Origin: an uncultured delta proteobacterium
GTDB lineage: Bacteria; Desulfobacterota; Binatia; UBA9968
Length of the DNA: 64,000 nt
Reading direction: 5' to 3'
Assembly: GCA_963745835.1 (NCBI GenBank)
Contig: CAVUZH010000022.1
Span: 160,001-224,000 of the forward strand
Shown here: piece by piece, positions 38,604-49,230 of the stretch
Layout: every line of letters starts with the position of its first letter
Position numbering within the stretch: the stretch's first letter is position 1
Notes under the pieces: model-generated
Databases searched by the model: none
The model's input: the letters and a program-made list of their open reading frames with translations, nothing else
Told to the model about the DNA's origin: nothing
Program-made: the position numbers and the translations under genes

Positions 38604-39896
38604 ATGAATTTTCCACACCTACAGGAGTCTCTTGATCGGGTCATGTCGATGGTCAACCCGCTCATTGGAGACATACTCGATCGCGCGCTCTCCGGCGCGG
38701 ACATTTCTGCCGAAGAAGCAACTCGGCTGTTTGAGGCGGACGGCGCCGACCTTCCGGCTATGATCTTGGCAGCCAATCATCTGCGCGCTGAAACAGTCGG
38801 CGATGTCGTCACCTATGTGATTAATCGCAATATCAACTTCACTAACGTGTGCGTCAAAGCATGCGGTTTCTGCGCCTTTAGCCGCGGTCATTTAGCCGAA
38901 GAGGGCTATTTCCTGCCGGTCGAAGAAATCATTCGACGCGGCCAGGAAGCGAGAGAATTGGGCGCTACGGAAATCTGTGTGCAGGCTGGTTTAGCGCCCG
39001 GAATCGATGGCTGGCACTATATAAAGCTGTGTCGCGCGCTAAAAGAGGCTTTGCCCGATATCCATATTCACGGGTTTTCTCCGGAAGAGGTGTTGTACGG
39101 ATCGACTCTTTCGGGTCTCTCCATTCGCGACTATTTGACGGCCTTGAAAGATGCGGGAGTGGGAAGCCTGCCCGGCACCTCCGCGGAAATTTTGGTTGAC
39201 GAAGTTCGCCAGCAAATATCTCCCGGGCGAATCACGACTGCGCAATGGGTTGAGCTCATTCAGGCCGCTCACGAACTGGGAATCCCAACTACCTCGACGA
39301 TCATGTATGGGCATTTGGAAACAGCCCAACATAAGGCCGCGCACCTCGTCATCCTCCGCGATATCCAAAAACAAACCGGGGGGATTACCGAATTCGTGCC
39401 GCTGAGCTTTGTTTATGAGGAGGCGCCGATCTCTCGCCGGAACAAGATCGCCGGCCTTCGTACTGGCGCCACTGGCTCCGAAGTCATGAAAATGTACGCG
39501 GTATCTCGATTGATGCTGAATAAGTGGATACCCAACCTACAAGTCTCTTGGGTCAAAGAAGGCCCAAAGCTATCGCAGATTGCTTTGCTGGCAGGGGCTA
39601 ATGATTTCGGCGGCACCCTGATCAACGAAAGCATTTCTACCGCCGCCGGCGCGAGCTACGGGCAACTGATGAAGCCCTCACAGTTCCGGGATTTGATCCG
39701 CCAAATGGGGCGCATACCCGCTGAACGGTCGACGACCTATAAGGACATCAGGGTATTTGAGACAGAGAATGGTTCTGTCGATCTGCTCGATCAAGTGAAC
39801 GACCCGTCAGAACGGTTCGGCTCCTATCGAAACCTGATTGCTTTAAAACACTTTCGCTTCAAAGAGTTCTATAGCGAACAAAAAAACAAGCATTGA
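38604..39896 (+). CDS. cofH: FO synthase subunit CofH (radical SAM)
   Basis: NRNINFTNVCVKACGFCAF, PGTSAEIL, TIMYGHLE, EFVPL.F, NLQVSWVKEG, GANDFGGTL. The SWVK motif favours CofH over MqnC or MqnE. Confidence 0.82.
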   Translation: MNFPHLQESLDRVMSMVNPLIGDILDRALSGADISAEEATRLFEADGADLPAMILAANHLRAETVGDVVTYVINRNINFTNVCVKACGFCAFSRGHLAEEGYFLPVEEIIRRGQEARELGATEICVQAGLAPGIDGWHYIKLCRALKEALPDIHIHGFSPEEVLYGSTLSGLSIRDYLTALKDAGVGSLPGTSAEILVDEVRQQISPGRITTAQWVELIQAAHELGIPTTSTIMYGHLETAQHKAAHLVILRDIQKQTGGITEFVPLSFVYEEAPISRRNKIAGLRTGATGSEVMKMYAVSRLMLNKWIPNLQVSWVKEGPKLSQIALLAGANDFGGTLINESISTAAGASYGQLMKPSQFRDLIRQMGRIPAERSTTYKDIRVFETENGSVDLLDQVNDPSERFGSYRNLIALKHFRFKEFYSEQKNKH

Positions 39897-39940
39897 ACAT
39901 TTGATCGCAAATCCAACATTTTCTAAAAGCCGCCGCTGGT

Positions 39941-40585
39941 ATGCAAGGTAACCCTGCGAGTTTCGACGCAATCGGAAACCGTCTAGGTTTCAGCATCGCT
40001 GAAAGCAATAGTCAACGTTTGCAACTAATCTGGCGCGGCCCAAGATTTCCCGCTTATCTCTGTTTGAGTCTTGCCATCCTCTTGTTGTTCATTTCCGTGC
40101 CGATCGTTGGGGCCATTCGCCTGCGTGGTTTCGTCGGTCCGGCAGCGTCGCTGTGGTATTTCCCGGTCATGAACATGATTCTTTTCGGCATCGCTTGCTA
40201 CTTGCTGACATTGAAGAGAACCATCTTGTTCGATCATCACGGGCAGAAAATAATTCTGACGAACCAGAGCCTGTTCAATCGATCATTGCTGTCGGCCAGC
40301 TATTCCGAAATTGAACGAATTAATCTCGGCGTCGATCAGGTGTACAACGGCTTCGCCGTAGCTGGATCCTCAGCGGCGCAACGGTTCCCCGTTCCGTCGC
40401 TGCGCTTGTTCCTGGTTAACGGTGACAGCGTACTGTTGGACCGTGGCAGCCGCGCAAGATTGAGAGAACTCGGGATGCAAATCGGCGAGCGATTGGAGAA
40501 GCCTTTGCAGATCGATGCACGATTAGAACTCGAGAAAACCGGGGCAGTGAAATCTCACGAGGAAGCCGAACGCGCAAGAATCTGA
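39941..40585 (+). CDS. Hypothetical membrane protein (two N-terminal TM segments)
   Basis: 214-aa ORF filling the gap after cofH, with two hydrophobic segments and a soluble C-terminal domain. Confidence 0.65.
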   Translation: MQGNPASFDAIGNRLGFSIAESNSQRLQLIWRGPRFPAYLCLSLAILLLFISVPIVGAIRLRGFVGPAASLWYFPVMNMILFGIACYLLTLKRTILFDHHGQKIILTNQSLFNRSLLSASYSEIERINLGVDQVYNGFAVAGSSAAQRFPVPSLRLFLVNGDSVLLDRGSRARLRELGMQIGERLEKPLQIDARLELEKTGAVKSHEEAERARI

Positions 40586-41184
40586 TGTAATTGCCCGACC
40601 GCTTTTTTTACGCCATCCATCATAAGCTGCTCTGCGCTCAACCATCGAAAACCGCGCTGGCTGATATCACCCAAGCCAAAGATGTTTTCGCTTAGAGGCT
40701 TCTGGGTTTCATCGAATTGCGCCGACCAGATCACGTCGCCGCGCTGAACGTCGATAAGATCCAGGACGAAGGCTACCGACGCGGGGCTCTTAACTCCCCA
40801 ATCATCGCCGACACGCTCCCGAAATCGTTGTACCCTTCCGACCATAACGGCATCGGCAAAAACCATCTCGCCGATTTGTCGAAGACGCGCTGCATCCGTA
40901 GTTGACGGCTTCATTTGCTCGACCTGCTTAACCTCGCTTTCAGCGACAATCTGCCAGTTGGGCAAGGAGGCCATTGCCGAGTAGAGCTGTTTGGCGAGCA
41001 TTTCAGGAGGATTGTTCTGTTGCGATTGCGCCTGTTCCGGCGCACCGGACGTTTCAGGTGGAAGCACAGCGATACGTCTGATCCGACGCGATTCTAAATC
41101 GAGGGAGCGCTTACTTTGCAGGTTTCCAGATCCGAAACTGCAGCCGGAGAGAAGTGTAAGAGCAATTGCAATAATCTTGAGCAT
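40555..41184 (-). CDS. Hypothetical lipoprotein (CsgG/LpoB-like fold possible)
   Basis: Lipobox LLSGC, RIAVLP, ADAVMVGRV, LDLIDV..G.VIWS. Confidence 0.75.
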   Translation of the reverse strand: MLKIIAIALTLLSGCSFGSGNLQSKRSLDLESRRIRRIAVLPPETSGAPEQAQSQQNNPPEMLAKQLYSAMASLPNWQIVAESEVKQVEQMKPSTTDAARLRQIGEMVFADAVMVGRVQRFRERVGDDWGVKSPASVAFVLDLIDVQRGDVIWSAQFDETQKPLSENIFGLGDISQRGFRWLSAEQLMMDGVKKAVGQLHQILARSASS

Positions 41185-41234
41185 GGTGATTCGTTACCTT
41201 CGATGTCAATATTGAACAATCATTTGGATCGGCA

Positions 41235-43037
41235 TTATTCCGCCGTCTTGGTTCGAATACCCAGTTCGCGAAGTTGCCTGGCGTCAACTGTAGAAGGCGC
41301 TTCCGTCAGCAAACAGACTGCCCGTTGACTCTTCGGGAAGGCAATGACATCCCGAAGAGATTGCGCGCCGCTTAGAAGCATTGCTAAACGGTCGATTCCA
41401 AATGCGATGCCGCCGTGAGGCGGGGCGCCGAAGCTCAAGGCTTCCAGGAAGAATCCGAATTTGGCTTGAGCCTCTTCCTCACCAATTCCCATTAGGCCAA
41501 GTACTTTTCTTTGCAACTCCAGCTGATGGATACGAATGCTGCCGCCTCCGATCTCAGTGCCGTTCAACGCAAGATCATAGGCTTTTGAGCGTACTTTAGC
41601 GGGTTCATTATCGAGCAGATGGAGATCTTCATCGAGCGGCGCAGTAAACGGATGATGCAAGGCAACGTAACGCTGTTCATCGGCGTCATATTCCATTAAC
41701 GGGAAGTCCAGTACCCAGACCAGCGCGTATTCGTTTTGCCCAATCAGGCCAAACTTTTCACCTAGGTGTAAGCGCAGATTGCCGAGGGCATCGCAGACGG
41801 TTCGTGCCGTGTCGGCGGAAAACAAAATAATATCACCCACCTGAGCCTCGGCAATTCTCTCGATCTCTTTTTGTTCTGTTTCCGTTAGAAACTTGGCAAT
41901 CGGAGATTGCCAGCCTTCATCAGTGATTCTCGTCCATGCGATGCCCTTTGCGCCGAACGTCGCGACAAAAGGCGTCATGTCATCCAGGTCTTTGCGCGAC
42001 AGCTCTACGCCCTTCGGAATTCGAATTCCTTTGACAACACCGCCTTTGGCAATCGCCGCGGCAAACACTTTGAATTGCGAACCGCGGAGCACATCAGTAA
42101 AGTCTCGCAGCTCAAGACCAAAGCGCATATCCGGTTTGTCGGAGCCGAAGCGGCTCATCGCTTCGTCCCATGTGAGACGCTGAAAGGGTCGCATGATGTC
42201 GATGCCTTTCAATTCTCGGAAAAGCAAAACGATCATCCCCTCCACGATGCCAATCACGTCATCGGCCTGGGTAAAAGACATTTCCATGTCAAGCTGAGTA
42301 AACTCAGGCTGCCGGTCAGCCCGGAGATCTTCGTCCCGGAAACACTTGACGATTTGAAAATAGCGATCGAGTCCGCCGACCATCAGGATCTGCTTGAATA
42401 GCTGCGGCGATTGGGGCAGCGCGTAAAACTTACCTTTGTAGATACGGCTTGGCACCAGATAGTCCCGCGCTCCTTCCGGAGTGCTCTTGGTTAACACTGG
42501 AGTCTCGACATCAATGAAACCGTGCACATCCAGATAGTCACGTATCAACTTGGTCATACGGTAGCGTAGCAGCAGGTGAGCTAAACTGCGTGGCCGTCGT
42601 AAGTCGAGATACCGGTACTTCAACCGGGTATTCTCGTTGGCATCGGTTTCGTCATCGATCAAAAAAGGCGGCACCTGTGAGGCGTTGAGCAGCCGCAATT
42701 CTTTGCCGGCCAGCTCGACTTCACCGGTCGCCAGATCAGGATTAAGAGTCTCCGCCGGGCGCCTCGAGAGCACACCGCGCACGGCAATCACGTCTTCGGA
42801 GCGCAGCTGTTTGGCTTTTTCATGGGCAATGGCATCGACTTCCGGGTTGAAAACGATCTGTGTGATACCGCTTCGATCCCGTAAATCGACGAAGATTAGC
42901 CCGCCGTGATCCCGTCGTGTGTGCACCCAGCCGGTCAGGATCAAGTCGCGTCCAACGTTTTCCGCGCGCGGCTCACCGCAATAGCAGCTGCGCTTCCAAT
43001 CGCCAAGCTGATCGCCAAAAACTCTCTCAATTGCCAT
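41235..43037 (-). CDS. aspS: Aspartate--tRNA ligase (probably non-discriminating Asp/Asn)
   Basis: [56 protein letters not shown]. Confidence 0.98.
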   Translation of the reverse strand: MAIERVFGDQLGDWKRSCYCGEPRAENVGRDLILTGWVHTRRDHGGLIFVDLRDRSGITQIVFNPEVDAIAHEKAKQLRSEDVIAVRGVLSRRPAETLNPDLATGEVELAGKELRLLNASQVPPFLIDDETDANENTRLKYRYLDLRRPRSLAHLLLRYRMTKLIRDYLDVHGFIDVETPVLTKSTPEGARDYLVPSRIYKGKFYALPQSPQLFKQILMVGGLDRYFQIVKCFRDEDLRADRQPEFTQLDMEMSFTQADDVIGIVEGMIVLLFRELKGIDIMRPFQRLTWDEAMSRFGSDKPDMRFGLELRDFTDVLRGSQFKVFAAAIAKGGVVKGIRIPKGVELSRKDLDDMTPFVATFGAKGIAWTRITDEGWQSPIAKFLTETEQKEIERIAEAQVGDIILFSADTARTVCDALGNLRLHLGEKFGLIGQNEYALVWVLDFPLMEYDADEQRYVALHHPFTAPLDEDLHLLDNEPAKVRSKAYDLALNGTEIGGGSIRIHQLELQRKVLGLMGIGEEEAQAKFGFFLEALSFGAPPHGGIAFGIDRLAMLLSGAQSLRDVIAFPKSQRAVCLLTEAPSTVDARQLRELGIRTKTAE

Positions 43038-44303
43038 TTAGCTAGCCTTCCTCGACAGCAACGCTCCCTCAACATCATTCAAACTTATCTCACTTTGCTC
43101 CCTGCTGGCCATATCGCGGAGCAAAGCTACTCCTCTATCAAGCTCATTGTCGCCGACGATGAGAACCGCCGACGCGTTGAGCTTATCCGCCCGTCGCATT
43201 TGACTCTTGAGGCTTCTAACCTCACCCTCAATTTCGATGGATAATCCTTTCTGGCGCAGCCGGTGCACCACAGGAAAAGCCCAATCGCGAGCATTCTCGC
43301 CTACCCAGACTGTGTAAACTACCGGACCGACGGGAGCCGAACTTCTTTTCGAATGCAGTAACATGGTCAAACGCTCGATCCCCATTGCAAAGCCAACCCC
43401 CGGAATCGCCGGACCGCCGAGTTCCTGGACCAACCCATCGTAGCGGCCTCCGGCTGCAATGGCGCTCTGCGAGCCCAATTGATTGCTTGTCCACTCGAAA
43501 GTAGTCCGGCAATAATAATCCAGGCCGCGCACCATGCGCGGGTTCAAATCGTAATGCACAGCAGACTGCCGCAGCAGCCGCTGAACGATCTCGAAATGTT
43601 GACGGCAGGGATCGCACAACGATTCAAGAATTGAGGGAGCATTCTTGGTCTGCTCAATACAGCCGGGCTCCTTGCAGTCCAATACCCGAAGCGGATTGCG
43701 CTCCATCCGGCGCCGGCAGTTGGCGCAGAGCGCTTGCTCATGCTCCCTCAGAAACGCCAACAGCAGCTGTCGGTATTTCGGACGGCAATCGGAGCAGCCC
43801 AGCGAATTGAGCTGCAACGCGGCGCTTTCAATGCCTGTGGCGGAGAAGAAGTCGTTCAGAAGCAATAGTACTTCGGCATCAATAAAAGGATCGCCTCGAC
43901 CCAATACTTCCGCGCCGACCTGATGGAATTGACGCATTCGACCTTTTTGCGGTCGCTCGCGGCGAAACATCGGTCCGAGATAATAAAGTTTCTGCACCGG
44001 CTCCGTCTTGAACAACTCCGATTCCACATAGGCTCGCACCACGCCTGCTGTGCCCTCCGGGCGTAATGTCAAAAGCGAACTTTTTGCGTCTTGATCGGGG
44101 AACGTATACATCTCTTTTTCCACGATATCGGTCGTTTCGCCGAGTGACCGACTAAACAGTTCGGTTTTTTCCACAATCGGAATTCGGATTTCGGCAAAGT
44201 TATACGCCGCAAAGATTTTGCGAGCGGCGCTTTCGACCCGCTGCCAGATTTCAACTTCACCTGGCAGAATATCGGAGAAACCTTTGATTGCCGTGACTTT
44301 CAT
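43038..44303 (-). CDS. hisS: Histidine--tRNA ligase
   Basis: DIVEKEMY, LRPEGTA, FRRERPQKGR.RQF, RGLDYY, GGRYD. Confidence 0.98.
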   Translation of the reverse strand: MKVTAIKGFSDILPGEVEIWQRVESAARKIFAAYNFAEIRIPIVEKTELFSRSLGETTDIVEKEMYTFPDQDAKSSLLTLRPEGTAGVVRAYVESELFKTEPVQKLYYLGPMFRRERPQKGRMRQFHQVGAEVLGRGDPFIDAEVLLLLNDFFSATGIESAALQLNSLGCSDCRPKYRQLLLAFLREHEQALCANCRRRMERNPLRVLDCKEPGCIEQTKNAPSILESLCDPCRQHFEIVQRLLRQSAVHYDLNPRMVRGLDYYCRTTFEWTSNQLGSQSAIAAGGRYDGLVQELGGPAIPGVGFAMGIERLTMLLHSKRSSAPVGPVVYTVWVGENARDWAFPVVHRLRQKGLSIEIEGEVRSLKSQMRRADKLNASAVLIVGDNELDRGVALLRDMASREQSEISLNDVEGALLSRKAS

Positions 44304-44527
44304 TGAGCTTGCTTAATCCTTTTCAATATCGAGCACCTGATCGGCGCAAGAAAGATTCCAGAGTCCACGGCTCGCAAAGTTAGCGCGCAGAGCTGCAGAC
44401 GATGCACTGTGCCGGTTTCAGCAATGTAAGAGCAATGTGGATGGATGCCAAAACGCGGTTACTAAAAAATTATCCAGGACAAGCAAAACTAACCGTGAGA
44501 CCCGACCTGTTGCCATCCCAGCCTGCA

Positions 44528-45256
44528 TTATCCCTGCGCCTTGTACCGATAAGCACGACTACGGCGCGTGCTGCCGTGAAGTTCGGCAAATAAAAACCCT
44601 CGAAAGATCATGAAATAACTGAGACATAGACCCATGCCGACTGCGATGATAAAAATTTGCACCACGTGGGGTAGTTCCGTCGTGATAGCGCTCAAGATGT
44701 TAAGGATCAAATATCCGGTTATGGTCAGAACGATGTTGGGCAAAAGCCACTCTAGCCAATTTTCGACGATGAAGTTATAACTATCGCTAATGAGCCCAAG
44801 TCCGGAAGAACGGGTCTGATAAATAAGCTCAGGAGCCGGGTTCAATAAAATATAGACGGCAAATTGAATCAAGGCGAAGATCAGGCCGCCATTCGGCGTC
44901 GGTGCCAGAGCCATCGCCAAAACTCGCATTGGAATCCATAATATAAAGACGATTCCAAGTAATACCCACAGATAAACCGTAAAGCCGTTGACGAAGTCCT
45001 TGAGATCGGTGCGACGGTTCTCGACGATGTTCTTGATCAAATATAGCCCCGAGCTAATACACGCCTGAGTCGCCAACCCCAGAATCAAACCGGAGATGAT
45101 GCCTAATGGTGCAACCACTAACGCTACGATCGACAGCAATACCGCGTAAACCCACGGGGCAAAACTCACAACCCAGTTCTTGAGCAGACTTTCCCAGGAG
45201 CGGCGCAAGGCCGTCGCGTAAAGCCATAGAGTCGCTTGAACCGTACTCATTGACAT
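44528..45256 (-). CDS. Hypothetical integral membrane protein
   Basis: 242 aa with about six hydrophobic segments, NPAPELIYQ and NWLEWLLPN. Confidence 0.75.
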   Translation of the reverse strand: MSMSTVQATLWLYATALRRSWESLLKNWVVSFAPWVYAVLLSIVALVVAPLGIISGLILGLATQACISSGLYLIKNIVENRRTDLKDFVNGFTVYLWVLLGIVFILWIPMRVLAMALAPTPNGGLIFALIQFAVYILLNPAPELIYQTRSSGLGLISDSYNFIVENWLEWLLPNIVLTITGYLILNILSAITTELPHVVQIFIIAVGMGLCLSYFMIFRGFLFAELHGSTRRSRAYRYKAQG

Positions 45257-45819
45257 TCTTATAACAGAAAAAAGTTCTGCCGTGCAGCAAACTGCTTTAT
45301 CGAGATCACCCGCATGTTGATTTACCCCAGTTGGTTTATTTCTAAGCCGGCGCTAAACAAGGCGCGTCTTCTGAGCGAGAAGCTAGAGAGTGAATAGATT
45401 ATACTACTTCAGCTTACCTGTAGTCATTTCCTAGCAACCAGAGCAGCCTGTTCCTACAGCCGTACAGAATTGAGCTCTTACGATAGCTGCCAAACCCACA
45501 ATATTCCCGTTTTCTGATCCGACAATCAATATACCCATGCGTCGTAATGCAATATTTTCAACTCTTTAGCCAATAGTCGGCAGATCTGATCAACGATGGC
45601 TAATTTTTTGCACGCGAGCTTCCATCACTGCCCGCAGGCGTTTCATTGAGCTTGATAACTGCTGAGAAGGAGAACTCCGGATGTATTGGATGAAACCTAG
45701 AAGGTATTCTTCAAGGCAGGTCTCAATCTTTCTTCAGGTGCCGGCGAAATCTGCGGTATGACGAAATTTCTCGACCTGAAATCTGTTCAATAGTTCGAAG
45801 ATCGGTTCGCTACAGCTAA

Positions 45820-46047
45820 ATGATTTACATAGTCACTTACCACGAAACGCGATATCACAGCCAAATGGCCAAGCGGCTGATCTTAGTCGAATCGAATCCG
45901 GGTTTGGAACTCGAACGTGTCACCCGCCTGGTTAAAATACTAACGGATGGCAACTTCGCGGCGGCGAGTGTGGAAATCGCCGGACAGAGAGAGTTGGACA
46001 CGAAACATGCGAGGCATCCCGCCATCCGTTTTTACAAGTTGGATTAG
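45820..46047 (+). CDS. Possible small hypothetical protein (75 aa)
   Basis: The only sizeable ORF in a 1.2-kb gap. Protein-like composition but no recognisable motif or strong RBS. Confidence 0.4.
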   Translation: MIYIVTYHETRYHSQMAKRLILVESNPGLELERVTRLVKILTDGNFAAASVEIAGQRELDTKHARHPAIRFYKLD

Positions 46048-46519
46048 CTTTCAGCATCGCCGACTAGGCGATCCTAGATCCAATTAGAAATGTTTTACTG
46101 GTTCTTTGCTGGACCACCTTCCCCCAGATACGACAGCACGAACCTAAGAGAACGTTCAAAAATTCATTCATCATAATCTAAGCTCTCCGGCCGTCCTATC
46201 CGTTTCTCTTATCTACGGAGTCAATCGACTCCACCGTTGGAACGAGCTCTCTTTTTTCGCACGCTGACCTCCACCCTGCGGTGTATTCATTGGTGAAATT
46301 TAATGCTAGTTTATTGGCACACGAAAACATGAGCGCTAATGGCATACAACCACGGCCACAGGTGGTTTGCCTTTCGGAATGCCGATGCTAGTTCTATCCT
46401 CAAAAGGGCGCGGCGGAGTTCGCCAATGTTCCCGCTGTTATCCCGATCTTTGCGTAACTATAATTTAGCTTCAATATAGCTTCCTCTGCGGTAATAAAAC
46501 TGGAAGGCGATCAGCACAC

Positions 46520-47119
46520 ATGCTTACAAGGATTAAACTAACATTTTTTGTTTCATTACTTGCGCTGCTGTTTTGTGGAGCTCTGCCAGTACAGGCTGGA
46601 GCCCCCACTGAAGAGATACGTACAGCTATCGACAAAGGCGTTCAGATCCTGAAATCCGCCAAACTCGACAGTAGTAAGGATCGAGCTAAAGTCATCAACC
46701 AATTGCGCGAGATCGTTTACCCCCGATTTGATTTCGAGGAGATGGCCAAGCGATCTCTAGGTTCTCACTGGCGGCGACTTAGCCCTCAACAGCAAAAAGA
46801 ATTCGTGACTGCATTCACGGACCTTTTGGAGACGACCTATGCGGACAAGATCGACTTGTACGAGGGGCAACAGGTCGAGTATGTCGGTGAGACCATCGAC
46901 AAGAACTATGCGGAGGTGAACACAAGAGTAATCGGCAAGAACCGGGAGAACTATTCGGTGGATTACCGACTCCACGAAATGGGCGGCAAGTGGAGGATAT
47001 ATGATGTTGTCGCGGAGAACATCAGCCTGGTAAACAATTATCGGTCTCAATTTAATCGCGTTGTGGTCAACTCATCGGTTGAAGAGCTCATAAAAAGGAT
47101 CAAGCAAAAATCCAATTAG
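46520..47119 (+). CDS. mlaC: MlaC/Ttg2D phospholipid-binding periplasmic protein
   Basis: Signal peptide, FDFEEMAKRSLG.HW, WRIYDVVAENISLVNNYRSQF. Confidence 0.92.
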   Translation: MLTRIKLTFFVSLLALLFCGALPVQAGAPTEEIRTAIDKGVQILKSAKLDSSKDRAKVINQLREIVYPRFDFEEMAKRSLGSHWRRLSPQQQKEFVTAFTDLLETTYADKIDLYEGQQVEYVGETIDKNYAEVNTRVIGKNRENYSVDYRLHEMGGKWRIYDVVAENISLVNNYRSQFNRVVVNSSVEELIKRIKQKSN

Positions 47120-47330
47120 CCAAATCCAGCTCACGGCCTTAGTTTCATCTACTATGTGCCGCTGTTTTTCGTGCTGAGTTCAGAACGGTCAGCTTTGACG
47201 CTTCCATATCATGATTATTGTTTCTGGTCCCTGCTATCGCGAATCGAGTATTTGACTTCGTTCGCAACGAACTTTGAGCTAGCCTTAGATCTAAGTTCTA
47301 AAACCTCTGTTTCTATTATTCAGGAGAATG

Positions 47331-47376
47331 AAGGGCCCGAACTCTTCTGAGCCGGGCCGTTTGTTTTTGCCTTTTC
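47331..47376 (+). terminator. Putative intrinsic terminator
   Basis: GGCCCG-aaCTC-ttct-GAGc-CGGGCC stem followed by gtttgtttttgcctttt. Confidence 0.5.
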
Positions 47377-47759
47377 AATTCGGGAAGTCTTTTGGCGACC
47401 CTGTCACGATCCCATTCCCGGCGGTCGCAGTCGCGACGGTCCGAGTCACGATCGCGCTCACGCCTGTCGGAATCGCGATCACGTTCAACCCATCGTCTCG
47501 GTCGGGGCCGCTATCACGATCATTGATGGGATCGCTGCGGCTGTTTGCCGCTATGTCGTCCATTCACGCGCGAGGCTGAATACATAAAGCGACCAAAGCA
47601 CTAGCGGACGATGGTCCGATCGAGGATGGCAAGAACCCGGGAAACGGTGCATACAAGCCTAACCGCGATTTTTAGATACTTTGAATCTGCGCGAGTGAAA
47701 CATCCGAATAGCTTTGCCATCTCTGTTCGCTGTGCAGTACGGGCAGGCCTAACGAGCCA

Positions 47760-48206
47760 TGTGGATAACTGTCAATGGCTAGCTTAGGGAGGTATTGTCC
47801 AATCATGCCAAAGATTGCCAAAGATGGTAGAAATGGCGTTTGCGTGCGCACTCCTCAATGATCTACTGCGATCGTAAGCTACTGAAATGGTAGCGTTTTT
47901 GATGCCCACTACAGAGGCAATTCGCTCGGCAGCGGTCCTGAACGACGTGTCCCTGCGGGGGACCCTCAGTTATCAACAAAGTTATCCACTGCTTCTGTGA
48001 ACATCGGATTGTTACCACTCGTCCTATCCGGCACTCTGTTTGACTATGCCGCCACACAACCGGTACCGGCCCTTCGATTGGGAGTTTCGCTAGTACAAAC
48101 AGGCTACTCGTTGTGAGACCAGGCGGACGGGTCGAGCCTCACGCAGAGTGATCATACAGTCAGAGTCCAGAGCGGCCTGCGTCGGATCGAATGGCAATTT
48201 TCCACG
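47760..48206. promoter_or_regulatory. Cluster of DnaA-box-like 9-mers
   Basis: TGTGGATAA at 47760 (perfect), TTATCAACA at 47970, TTATCCACT at 47982, TGTGAACAT at 47996, TTTTCCACG at 48198. Confidence 0.5.
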
Positions 48207-48354
48207 CGCGCGCCAAAAAGCTTCAACGCTATGGATTTAATCCTAAGCGGATGAAGTAGCTACCCGAGTTGTCAGATTGCTCCAGACAGGCTAGGCCTGA
48301 AGTGGTCATCTGACTAGTTCAAAGCGTTCACCCGTGCTCTTCAAATATTTACCT

Positions 48355-49091
48355 ATGAGTCTTTGGCGACTTCGGAGCCTCATCTGGATCGTGCTACCAC
48401 TGCTCTTAAGCTGCGCGGCGTCGACGCCCATTGCGGCATGGCGGAATATGATGCACTCAGGTGAAGCTCGATTAAAGACAGTTTTCCGAACGGCACGCCT
48501 GAACTCGATTGGTTGCCGTATCCAATTTCAATCAGGACAATTTGCGAGGCACGATCGATGACACATCACCCGAAGGCGAGCCTGGGGTCGGTGTGTTGGA
48601 TAACAAAAATGCTGGCGGCTTCGCTGCACTCTCTTACGCCTCGACAAACTCGTTATCGACTTCTATCTAGAAACGTGGATTTACGCTCAGGTCACTCGTG
48701 GCGAGAAGGGTCCACTCAATGGCATCGCTTTTCATATCGATACCGTCTCTGGTAACTTCTATCGCCTGGCTACTCAGTTTATGGGAGCGGAACCGGCGCT
48801 GTCACTAGCTTACGTGGGCAAGGAAACCAATCACTTTCCAGAGTATCTTAAGCGCTGGAGAGGAGAAGAGATCCCCGGCGGAGCACCGCAAAGCAGCGGA
48901 TGGCAAAAAATCGCTATCGCAGTATACGACAGCAAAGCTGAACTCTATTGGAATGGAACGAACCTGCCCGGCGGGCCTTTTCCCATAGATCGGGTGCAAT
49001 CGGGTTACACCGGCGTCTATGCGAATTTCGTTGGCACTCTCGGTCACGCCGAACAAAAATAGATGGCCTGCGTGTGTGGCCGCGGAACTAA
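48355..49091 (+). pseudogene. Frameshifted lipoprotein gene (beta-rich, lectin/LamG-like fold possible)
   Basis: Lipobox LLSC. Joining frames gives ...KDSFPNGTPELDWLPYP/FNQDNLRGTIDDTSPEGEPGVGVLDNKNAGGFAALSYA/DFYLETWIYAQV...FYRLATQF...GWQKIAIAV...GYTGVYANF/IDGLRVWPRN*. At least four indels. Confidence 0.65.
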
Positions 49092-49230
49092 CTAGTTCGC
49101 AGAATCGTTCTGTTACTTTCGGTTAGCAATTCGGCATCTTCGATTCGCGCCACACGCATAAACCATACCGGTTTGCTTTTTCCGTTTCCTGTATCGATCA
49201 GCAGAATTTAAACCTGTGTCCGCTTCCTGT

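Noticed and set aside
45257-49230. Prophage, integron or IS in the low-coding region
   Set aside because: No integrase, transposase, phage gene, attC-like array or flanking direct repeat or tRNA was recognised.
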